Below, one piece after another: positions 19,485-27,498 of a stretch of 64,000 nt of DNA. Positions within the stretch are counted from its first letter, which is position 1. Every line of letters begins with the position of its first letter. The stretch comes from Marispirochaeta sp. (lineage in GTDB: Bacteria; Spirochaetota; Spirochaetia; JC444; Marispirochaetaceae): assembly GCA_963676835.2 (NCBI GenBank), contig CAXXFF010000004.1:480001-544000 (forward strand), in the 5' to 3' direction. The translations under genes were made by a program, and so were the position numbers. The notes under the pieces are model-generated. The model ran no database searches. It had not been told where the DNA came from and worked only from the letters and a program-made list of their open reading frames with translations.

Positions 19485-20794
19485 TGGATCAGAATACAAC
19501 AGCCACAGCGATCCTGGTGGGATCTTTTTTTGTGTTTCTTATATTACGTGTACCTATCGCATTCGCCATAGGGGTATCGAGTATTATTACCGTACTCTTT
19601 TTGGGGCTTCCGATAATGCAGATAGCCCAGCTTATGGTCAAAGGGGTTAATGTCTACACCCTTATGGCTGTACCGTTTTTTATTATTGCCGGCGAGCTCA
19701 TGGGTGCCGGGGGGATTTCCAACCGGCTGATAAAACTCTCCAATGCCATTATCGGATGGATGCGCGGCGGTCTGGCAACAGTTAATGTTATGGCATCCAT
19801 GTTTTTCGGCGGCATCTCCGGATCATCCACAGCAGATACCGCCTCCCTTGGAACAATTCTTATTCCCATGATGGCAGAAGAAGGGTACGACAAGGAGTTT
19901 GCCACCAATATTACCATGGCAAGTTCTGTTCAGGGTTTGCTGATTCCCCCCAGTCATAACATGGTTATGTATGCCATGGTGGCAGGAGGAGTTTCCGTTG
20001 GCCGCCTCTTTCTTGGCGGTATAATTCCGGGGGTATTTCTGGGCATTGCCCTTATGATTTTCAGCTACGTACAGGCGGTTATTCACAAATACCCCAAAGG
20101 CGATGCATTCAATTTTGCTAATCTGTTCAGAACCCTTGCAGACTCAATCTGGGGTCTGATAACCGTTATGATTGTTGTAGTGGGAGTAGTAAGCGGGATC
20201 TTCACCGCCACCGAATCTGCCGCCATTGCCGTGGTATGGGCAATCCTTGTGGGGATAATAGTATACCGGGAACTGACGCCGAAGAAAATCTGGCAGCTCA
20301 TGGAACGGTCCCTCAATACCCTGGCCATAGTCATGATCTTAATCTCCACCTCCCAGGTTTTCGGCTGGTTATTAACTTATCTGCATATGCCGGAACTGGT
20401 TGCCAAGGGGATTCTCAGCCTGACCCAGAATAAAATTGTTATAATGATTATTCTCAACGGCATTATGCTTGTATTAGGTACTATCATGGATATGTCTGCA
20501 ATCATCCTGGTTGCAACCCCCATACTTCTGCCCATTGCAGTTACCATAGGCATGGATCCGGTCCACTTCGGTGTGGTTATGATTCTGAACCTTGGAATCG
20601 GCCTTATTACCCCGCCTGTGGGAGGAACCCTGTTTGTCGGGTCTGCCGTGTCGGGTGTACCCATTGAGAAACTGGTGCGCAAACTGCTTCCGTTTTTCAT
20701 GATCATGATTGCCGTACTGCTGATTATTTCCTACGTACCGGGAATTGTAATGTATCTTCCCAACAAGCTTATGCCCCTGGTTACAGGAAGCTGA
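19484..20794 (+). CDS. dctM: TRAP transporter large permease
   Basis: AVPFFIIAGELM, FGGISGSSTAD, LIPPS, GMDPVHFG, ITPPVG. Confidence 0.93.
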   Translation: MDQNTTATAILVGSFFVFLILRVPIAFAIGVSSIITVLFLGLPIMQIAQLMVKGVNVYTLMAVPFFIIAGELMGAGGISNRLIKLSNAIIGWMRGGLATVNVMASMFFGGISGSSTADTASLGTILIPMMAEEGYDKEFATNITMASSVQGLLIPPSHNMVMYAMVAGGVSVGRLFLGGIIPGVFLGIALMIFSYVQAVIHKYPKGDAFNFANLFRTLADSIWGLITVMIVVVGVVSGIFTATESAAIAVVWAILVGIIVYRELTPKKIWQLMERSLNTLAIVMILISTSQVFGWLLTYLHMPELVAKGILSLTQNKIVIMIILNGIMLVLGTIMDMSAIILVATPILLPIAVTIGMDPVHFGVVMILNLGIGLITPPVGGTLFVGSAVSGVPIEKLVRKLLPFFMIMIAVLLIISYVPGIVMYLPNKLMPLVTGS

Positions 20795-20865
20795 TTCCCC
20801 ATTACGGATACGGAAGTGGAATGGAGTGGAGTGGCGTGGAGAAGAGTGAAAAGGTTGAGTGCCGG

Positions 20866-21663
20866 ATGAATACCAATAAGAGTTATCCGGATTTTCTTAA
20901 GACTTTTCCGGATGTTCCGGATGCAAAAGGCAACGTAATTATCTGTCCCGGCGGCGGATATCAGATACTTTCACCAAGGGAGTCTGATCCTGTGGCGGCG
21001 GCTTTTGCAGCCCGCGGGTGGCAGCCTTTTGTGCTCCATTATCCGGTGAAAGATAAGCACCGGTCCACTCCTCTCTTTTCCGAGCCCCTGCTGGCGCTGG
21101 GGAAAGCCGTTTCCGAACTGAGGGCTTGCAGTTCTGCCCGTCTAACGGTCTGCGGATTTTCCGCCGGAGGGCATCTGGCCGCCTCTCTCGGAGTACACTG
21201 GCGGGACCTGGACAGCCAGTTCGGTGCAAATGTACACCTGCATCCCCGGCATACCTCCTGCCGTCCGGATGGGGTAATTCTCTCATATCCGGTAATCTCC
21301 ATGATAACCAAATTCCATAATGGATCCATGGAGAATCTTACCGGGGGAAGTGGCCCTATGCGTGAGTATTTCTCCCTGGAAAATCAGGTCAGCTCCGACA
21401 CAGTACCGGTGTTCCTCTGGCATACCGCAGAAGACAGCGAGGTATCTGTAGAAAACTCCCTGATGTTTTTTTCCGCCCTTGATAAACTGGGGATCAGCGT
21501 GGAAATGCATATTTTTCCCAGGGGAGTTCACGGCTTATCCCTGGCAACACCGGAGGTAGACCAGCCTGAAAAAAACCGCTTTTCCAACCCTCATGTGGCA
21601 CAGTGGTTCAGCCTTGCCCTTGAGTGGCTCGATGAAATTCCTGAAAATTCTTTAAAAGGTTAG
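20866..21663 (+). CDS. Alpha/beta hydrolase (carbohydrate esterase-like)
   Basis: CPGGGY, GFSAGG nucleophile elbow, HTAEDSEV, GVHG; start could be 20821. Confidence 0.85.
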   Translation: MNTNKSYPDFLKTFPDVPDAKGNVIICPGGGYQILSPRESDPVAAAFAARGWQPFVLHYPVKDKHRSTPLFSEPLLALGKAVSELRACSSARLTVCGFSAGGHLAASLGVHWRDLDSQFGANVHLHPRHTSCRPDGVILSYPVISMITKFHNGSMENLTGGSGPMREYFSLENQVSSDTVPVFLWHTAEDSEVSVENSLMFFSALDKLGISVEMHIFPRGVHGLSLATPEVDQPEKNRFSNPHVAQWFSLALEWLDEIPENSLKG

Positions 21664-21667
21664 TTCT

Positions 21668-22804
21668 ATGAAAGATGAATTCAACACATCACTTGCTGAT
21701 TCCCAGGGTACAACAGTCAGCCCTTTGTCCGCAGCGGATTTTGATATTGAAGCGTATGCCGATTATGAGGCATCCCTTCTTGAAGGCTGCAGAAAATTCT
21801 GGCAGTCCAGGGAGGGAATTGCCGTATACCGCCGCTTCAGGGTTCCGGAAGTGTTCTCCTGGGCCAGCCGCGACATGAAACTCTCCCTGGAACTCCAGCT
21901 GGCGGGATTACAGAAAAGCATGGCTTATGCCGCTGATATTCCCAATTTTCTGGAGCCATGGTACGGCATAGGCGCTGTTGCCGGTGCATTCGGAGTTCCC
22001 TACATCTGGAAAGAGGGGCAGGCCCCGGCAGTGGAAGGGCCATTTATGTCTGCAAAAGATGCCCTGGAAAACGAGGTCTCCACAGTGGCGGAGAGTCCGG
22101 AAGGAAGACATACCCTTGAGATGATAGAGTATTTTCTTGACCGGACAAAAGGAAGAATTCCCCTCAGTCCGGCAGACATTCAGTCACCCTTAAATATAAC
22201 CTCCTCCTATCTTTTAAACTCCACAGCCTTTATGTATGAGCTTTTTGACCATCCGGAAGATCTTATGAGTCTGATTAACAGGGTGGCAGAACTGGAAAGG
22301 GAATTTCTTGATGAGCAGCTTAAACTTATAGGTGATGCACTGGTAAAGCCAGGGCACGGCTTTGCATCTGCCCGAGCTTTCGATGGAATCGGATTCAGTG
22401 ATGACAACATCCTGATGTTCAGCGATAGGGAATACAGCAGCTACGGCATAACATCAATGCAGAGTGCAGCACAATCCTTTGAAGGCCCTGTGTTTCATTC
22501 CTGCGGCGACTGGTCCGGACGCTCGGAGCTGGTAAAATCAATCCCTGCCCTGATTATGGCCGATGGGGCTGTGGGAAAGCAGACAGACCCTTCTCCAAAC
22601 AATCCGGAGCTTCTGGGAAAGGCATTTGCCGGAACAGGAATTGTACTGCATGTGAGAATTGTCGGCTCGTCGGATACGGTTCTTCAGTATTATGATCTGC
22701 TTAAACAGGAAGAGCTGAAGTGCATAATTACCACCTATTGTGACACTCCGGAAGATCAGGCAATTGTATATCGTGGAATTCATGAAAGAGCCGCAGCCGG
22801 CTGA
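21668..22804 (+). CDS. Uroporphyrinogen decarboxylase / MtaA-CmuA methyltransferase superfamily protein
   Basis: DIQSPL, ELFDHPE, FSDD, FHSCG (HxC) motifs. Confidence 0.7.
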   Translation: MKDEFNTSLADSQGTTVSPLSAADFDIEAYADYEASLLEGCRKFWQSREGIAVYRRFRVPEVFSWASRDMKLSLELQLAGLQKSMAYAADIPNFLEPWYGIGAVAGAFGVPYIWKEGQAPAVEGPFMSAKDALENEVSTVAESPEGRHTLEMIEYFLDRTKGRIPLSPADIQSPLNITSSYLLNSTAFMYELFDHPEDLMSLINRVAELEREFLDEQLKLIGDALVKPGHGFASARAFDGIGFSDDNILMFSDREYSSYGITSMQSAAQSFEGPVFHSCGDWSGRSELVKSIPALIMADGAVGKQTDPSPNNPELLGKAFAGTGIVLHVRIVGSSDTVLQYYDLLKQEELKCIITTYCDTPEDQAIVYRGIHERAAAG

Positions 22805-22872
22805 TGCCGGAGTGGAGAACCTTGAACCTGAAGAGTGCATGACAATTCCCGCATACATTATGCCCTCATACT

Positions 22873-22906
22873 AAAATGAAAGAGGCTGCCTGTTAATAGA
22901 CAGCCC
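22873..22906 (-). terminator. Probable terminator of the 22963-23952 gene
   Basis: Minus strand GGGCTGTCTAT-TA-ACAGGCAGCC-TCTTTCATTTT. Confidence 0.5.
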
Positions 22907-22962
22907 TTCAACCTATATCAGTAGTTATAGAATTGTTTCACCATAAGAACCTGTTAAACACA

Positions 22963-23952
22963 TCAATACAGAAGATAGTCGATTCCATAGCCGCGGTAAA
23001 CAACATCATAAATTGTACGGTCGGGTCCGGAAATATCGCCACTGAGGCTGCTGGCATTGGAATATATTCTCACATACGTTGCACTGTCAGGCCAGGCATA
23101 AAGATTGTCAAAACAGTCAACCATCAGCGAAATAGATTCCGCATCTATTCTTGCTATGGAATCTGTATCAACAGTATATGCTCCGTCCATAGTGGATGCA
23201 TTTTCATAGATAAAAAGATAGTTTCCTGCTGCACTATCGCCGTGATCGCAAGTATATAGCCTGTCGGAATTCGGATCGACCCAAATCGCTGTAGGATCAA
23301 AGTCGTCAGAAAATGTCATGGTCCTGTCTGCTGAAGCAGCTGTAACAAGAGCACTTGCTGAATCAAATACATATATTGCATTTCCTTTTGAAAAATCAGC
23401 ACCCGCATAAAGTCTGTCATTTGTCTCATCAATAAACAGCGACATAACTTCGTATGACAATTCTGCGGACGGAGTTACCCAACCATCAAGGGAGCTTGCA
23501 TCCTTTAATATCCAGATATAATTCATGGCGTCGGAAACGTAGATAATATCTCTTTCAGAATCTACAGCAATGCCCCCTGCAATATTTTCGCCACTAATAC
23601 GGATAGTTCTGTCCGGTGCAATATTGCCCTGAGCGGATTTGATATTCTCAAAAACACTGATTTTTCCGGAATTCCTCAGATACACAACAGCCCTTTTTTT
23701 GTCCACCGCAACAGAATCAATACCCCCGCTGTCTATTGTGGTCTGGTCACCAATTACAGCACGGATTGCTGCACTATCTCCGTCTGTATAGCCCAGGATA
23801 TCGTCGGTAAAAATAAGAGAGTCATCGCCCCAATTACTTGAAACAAGCATTATTTTATCGTTTCCGCCAGAATCTGATGTAGCACCGCCGGTGCATGCGG
23901 TTAAGAAAGTACAGGCACAAAAAATCATTAGCATAAAAATTCGGTACATCAT
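22963..23952 (-). CDS. Hypothetical lipoprotein, probable beta-propeller
   Basis: Lipobox FLTAC; repeated units (VAVDKKR, IAVDSERDIIYVSD, IDETNDRLY, VDPNSDRLY; F/Y-x-NASSL-x-G..PDRTI). Confidence 0.7.
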   Translation of the reverse strand: MMYRIFMLMIFCACTFLTACTGGATSDSGGNDKIMLVSSNWGDDSLIFTDDILGYTDGDSAAIRAVIGDQTTIDSGGIDSVAVDKKRAVVYLRNSGKISVFENIKSAQGNIAPDRTIRISGENIAGGIAVDSERDIIYVSDAMNYIWILKDASSLDGWVTPSAELSYEVMSLFIDETNDRLYAGADFSKGNAIYVFDSASALVTAASADRTMTFSDDFDPTAIWVDPNSDRLYTCDHGDSAAGNYLFIYENASTMDGAYTVDTDSIARIDAESISLMVDCFDNLYAWPDSATYVRIYSNASSLSGDISGPDRTIYDVVYRGYGIDYLLY

Positions 23953-24142
23953 AGAAGCTCCAATTTCTCATATACTTGGTGTGCAACAGTACACTATTTT
24001 AATTTTTATTTCAAATTACATTAAAAGACTGCATACATACCGGACACTACTATAATCCGCTCACTCCCGGAACATCACACTTTACACAGTTGGAATTATA
24101 TATAGGTAAGTGGATCTAATAGAATGTAGCGGATCAAAAATC

Positions 24143-25120
24143 TTACTCAGAAAACACATTATCCCTTATCTGGGGTTCAACCTCGAAGGCATTTTCCCGG
24201 GTAACCAGTATGGTAGGCACTTCAATTTCAGTTTCAACATCTTCTCCAGCAAGATGCTTTACCATGGTTTCAAGGGCTATCCGTCCCATCCTGACCGGCT
24301 GCTGCATGGAGACTGCCGCCAGAGATCCTTCTTTAAGCAGTCTATACTCTTCCGGGCTGCCGTCAAAACCGACAATTAGGACATCCTCTGTTTTACCCGC
24401 CTGCCTGAGAACCTCAACTGCTGCGATGGAAGCTCCGGTGTATTCCGCGAAAATACCGGTGAGATCGGGATATTTCTGAACCGACTGCCTGACCAGTCTC
24501 AGGGCCTCTTCCACTGAATAATACTGACATTCGACAATATTCTGGATAATCAGACCGCTTCCCTGCAGGGCATCCTGAAACCCGGCGGTTCGCTGCTGGC
24601 CGTTATACCTGTCCTGTGAAATGGCAATTATAACAACAGAGTTTCCGGCCCGCTTTTCAGAGTACAGTACTGATGACATATAGCCGCCTACAGCATTGGC
24701 GCCGCCAAGATTGTTGGACGAGATATACGAAACATACTCCCCGGTTTCAGTACCTATATCGCAGATTACCACCGGAATACCGGCTGCCTCTGCAATAGTA
24801 AGAACATCAGAGCAGGAAACAGTATCGACGGGAGAAAGGATTATGCCGTCTATCTTCTTTTCTACTGCAGTGCGGGCATGTTCGAGCTGTTTGGCCGTAT
24901 TTATACCGGAGTCAAAAACTTCCAGAGAAACTCCTCCGGTACTTTCAGCCGTACTCTGCATACCTTTTAATGCAGCTCTCCAGAACCCTTCTTCGAGGGA
25001 GGGTGTTATATAGACAAGCCGGCGTCTATCCGGTTCCTGTAATGCACTTAAATGATAGAACAGGAGCCCCGCTGCCAGGAGAAGAGCTGAGATTGATATA
25101 CCAATCATTGTTTTCCGCAT
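24143..25120 (-). CDS. Periplasmic sugar-binding-type protein (RbsB/LacI fold), orphan
   Basis: DGIILSP, GIPVV, RTAGF, VGFDG, QQPVRMG. Confidence 0.85.
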   Translation of the reverse strand: MRKTMIGISISALLLAAGLLFYHLSALQEPDRRRLVYITPSLEEGFWRAALKGMQSTAESTGGVSLEVFDSGINTAKQLEHARTAVEKKIDGIILSPVDTVSCSDVLTIAEAAGIPVVICDIGTETGEYVSYISSNNLGGANAVGGYMSSVLYSEKRAGNSVVIIAISQDRYNGQQRTAGFQDALQGSGLIIQNIVECQYYSVEEALRLVRQSVQKYPDLTGIFAEYTGASIAAVEVLRQAGKTEDVLIVGFDGSPEEYRLLKEGSLAAVSMQQPVRMGRIALETMVKHLAGEDVETEIEVPTILVTRENAFEVEPQIRDNVFSE

Positions 25121-25274
25121 CTGTAGTTTCGTTCTTTTGTTCCGATAGAAACAGGATGGTCCTTCAGTGGATGAAAATCAACTGGTTTGAAAATAATACA
25201 GCAGATTCGAGAATACTACAAATTATTTCCCCTAATCAGAGCAGGTGGGGCACTCCTTGCAGGAAATCTCCCGC

Positions 25275-26102
25275 CTACCCGGCAAAAGTATTAGGATCGA
25301 AGCCGAAATGCCTGCCGCTCTCCAGGGCATCGATCTGCGCCATGTCTTCATCGCTTAAGACAAAATCAAATAACTGACTGTTTGCTGCAATGCGGCCCTG
25401 ATTGGATGATTTGGGAATAACAACATTCTCTTTCTGGAGATGCCAGCGCAGGGTAACCTGAACCGGACTTTTCCCATACTTTTTACCAAGTTCATCCATT
25501 AAGGGAACTTCAGAAAAATGGCCCCGGAAGATCGGCCCCCAGGCAGTTACCGCCATGCCCTGTTCCCGACAATAAACAGAAAGGTCCCGCTGCTGATTCC
25601 ACGGATGAAGTTCCACCTGATTAACCGCTGGAGCCTCACCAAACTCCCGGATAAGTCCTTCAAGGTGCGCGACCGTAAAGTTGGAAACGCCTGCAGCACG
25701 AATACGGCCCTTTTCACGGTATTCAAGCAGTGCTTCCCAGGCTTTGTAGCGTGCCTTTTCATCCGTCCCCGGCCAGTGAAGCAGATAGAGGTCGATATAC
25801 TCAGTATCCATTTCTTTCAGGCTGAATTCGATCCCTTTTTGAGGGTTGGAATACGAAGTCGGCCACATTTTACTGACCACAAACAACTCTTCCCGGGATA
25901 CACCGCTTTCACGGACTCCCCGGCCGACATCTTTTTCATTGTCGTAGAATGTGGCGGTATCGACCATGCGGTAGCCCGCATCCACAGCCCAGCGAACAGC
26001 CTGATAAATTTCATCACCCAGAGCCTTGAAACATCCCAGGCCGAAGCCGGGCATTTCTATAGCGTTATTGAGTGTTATGGTATCTGCAACTGAATTAATC
26101 AT
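25275..26102 (-). CDS. Aldo/keto reductase (2,5-diketogluconate reductase-like)
   Basis: DTATFYDNE, DLYLLHWP, GVSNF, NQVELHP, IPKS. Confidence 0.93.
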   Translation of the reverse strand: MINSVADTITLNNAIEMPGFGLGCFKALGDEIYQAVRWAVDAGYRMVDTATFYDNEKDVGRGVRESGVSREELFVVSKMWPTSYSNPQKGIEFSLKEMDTEYIDLYLLHWPGTDEKARYKAWEALLEYREKGRIRAAGVSNFTVAHLEGLIREFGEAPAVNQVELHPWNQQRDLSVYCREQGMAVTAWGPIFRGHFSEVPLMDELGKKYGKSPVQVTLRWHLQKENVVIPKSSNQGRIAANSQLFDFVLSDEDMAQIDALESGRHFGFDPNTFAG

Positions 26103-26288
26103 AAATTCAGGCTACGACAGGAAGTGCGGGATGTCAATCTGAAATGGCTTACAAGGGGTCTTAAGTCATAGAGATGCATCCCTTATTCCAGCAATCCCTT
26201 CGTATCGCCTTCACTCACCCCGGCCCTCTTTCTAACCGTCCCTATGTCCCGATCCGAGTTTTCCCTACCTTCAAGCCGGCTTAATCCG

Positions 26289-26401
26289 CCCCTCACCCCG
26301 GCCCTCTCCCAGGGGGAGAGGGAGGAGGATAGAATCCAATGCGACTACTGCCCCCTCGCCCTTTGGGAGAGGGGGTTGGGGGTGAGGGTCGGAGAGAGAA
26401 G
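26289..26401. repeat. Complete bipartite REP-like element (two hairpin units in inverted orientation)
   Basis: CCCCTCACCCCGGCCCTCTCCC-AGG-GGGAGAGGG, spacer, CCCCCTCGCCCTTTGGGAGAGGGGGTTGGGGGTGAGGG; partial copies at 26214-26229 and 7428-7441. Confidence 0.8.
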
Positions 26402-26409
26402 GTCGCTGA

Positions 26410-26604
26410 TCAGTCCAGAATTTCCTTGACCCGCCCCACCTGTCCGTCACTAAGACGGACCTTTATTCCATGGGGGTGAAAAGCCGATTTCGTCAGGAGA
26501 TCAGCAACGGTTCCCTCCGTAAGGGTTCCGGATCTCTGATCTTTTTTCAAAACAATAGCCACTTTCATTCCGGGTTTTATTTCGTCACGGTTCTGTCCTG
26601 CCAC
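26410..26604 (-). CDS. YwbE / DUF2196 family protein
   Basis: IVLKKDQRSGTLTEG...HPHGIKVRLSDGQVGRV signature. Confidence 0.85.
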   Translation of the reverse strand: MAGQNRDEIKPGMKVAIVLKKDQRSGTLTEGTVADLLTKSAFHPHGIKVRLSDGQVGRVKEILD

Positions 26605-26609
26605 TGCGC

Positions 26610-26669
26610 TTATCCTTTCTTTTACCCTTGCTTCTATCTTTGCTTCTATCTTTGCTTCTATCCTTGCTT
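26610..26669. repeat. 12-bp tandem repeat x5 (consensus CTATCTTTGCTT)
   Basis: Units at 26610, 26622, 26634, 26646, 26658. Confidence 0.85.
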
Positions 26670-26924
26670 CCAGCGTTCAAGTTTTGGAATACCCGAGGTA
26701 AAAATCCCAGCAAGGAACTTCGGAAATTTCATCTTTACAAGCTGCTCTTTTACCAGGGTCTTCATATCTTCCATGGTCATATCCGGCTGAGCAAAAGTAC
26801 CATTGGAATAGCAGTAACTGCAGTACATACTGCTCCTGCCTCCATCAGCTTCTGTGCCTCCGCCGGCTGGATCCTGTTTTAACGGCATACCGCAGCTTTG
26901 ACAATTCTTATACGTTTTACCCAT
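26658..26924 (-). CDS. Zinc-ribbon domain protein
   Basis: CQSCGMPL...GGTEADG..YCSYCY..G.F...IPKLERWK. Confidence 0.85.
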   Translation of the reverse strand: MGKTYKNCQSCGMPLKQDPAGGGTEADGGRSSMYCSYCYSNGTFAQPDMTMEDMKTLVKEQLVKMKFPKFLAGIFTSGIPKLERWKQG

Positions 26925-27059
26925 TACCCGCTCCCTGAAGCTTTACATATGTTAAGCATTATAATCGATAAGTACAGGCAAAACAAGGGAGTTCAATTGT
27001 GCAAACCTTTTTTTTACCTCAGAGAAAGCTGTGATTTCTCTGAGACCTATCTCCGCAGG

Positions 27060-27383
27060 TTAACCCGCATCCCGGGTCCAGCAGCCTTCACAGGAATCCA
27101 TAAGCGCATAGGCTGAGCGGTATGCCTCTAAAAGACCCGGTTCTGTGCCGGTATAGAATACAACCACCGGCATGCGCTTTGTATGGAGCCTCCGCGCTGC
27201 CAGTGTGCGGATTCCCGCCTCCTTAAGGCGTTCTTCAAGTTCATGGAAATAGATATGATAATCGATAAAGGCAATACATTCCGCGTGAATACCATGGGTA
27301 ATCAGATTTTCAGCCGCCTGATAAACATCAAGTTCACAGTGCCGTACGGCGGCAGGCGGTATCAATGCTGTAGATCCTCTCAT
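27060..27383 (-). CDS. Hypothetical protein
   Basis: 107-aa ORF filling an intergenic gap; no motif recognised. Confidence 0.5.
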   Translation of the reverse strand: MRGSTALIPPAAVRHCELDVYQAAENLITHGIHAECIAFIDYHIYFHELEERLKEAGIRTLAARRLHTKRMPVVVFYTGTEPGLLEAYRSAYALMDSCEGCWTRDAG

Positions 27384-27498
27384 GCATAAAAATTATCACC
27401 CTTTATTGGATTTTCACCCTCTTTTCTCTTTTTTTGATTCCTGTTTCTGAATTTGACGGACCATAAAATCTAAATATAATTAGTATCAGGATGAATCA

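Noticed and set aside
21668..22804. Calling this gene hemE
   Set aside because: Lacks the N-terminal RQAGR motif of true uroporphyrinogen decarboxylase and has no heme-pathway context
25110..25200. IIFKPVDF on the minus strand as a receiver-domain remnant upstream of the binding protein
   Set aside because: Match too short, with an in-frame stop just upstream; could be chance
26244..26429. 61-aa ORF (PLTPALSQGERE...) and similar ORFs at 10659-11003 and 57929-58111
   Set aside because: Translations of repeat elements, not credible genes
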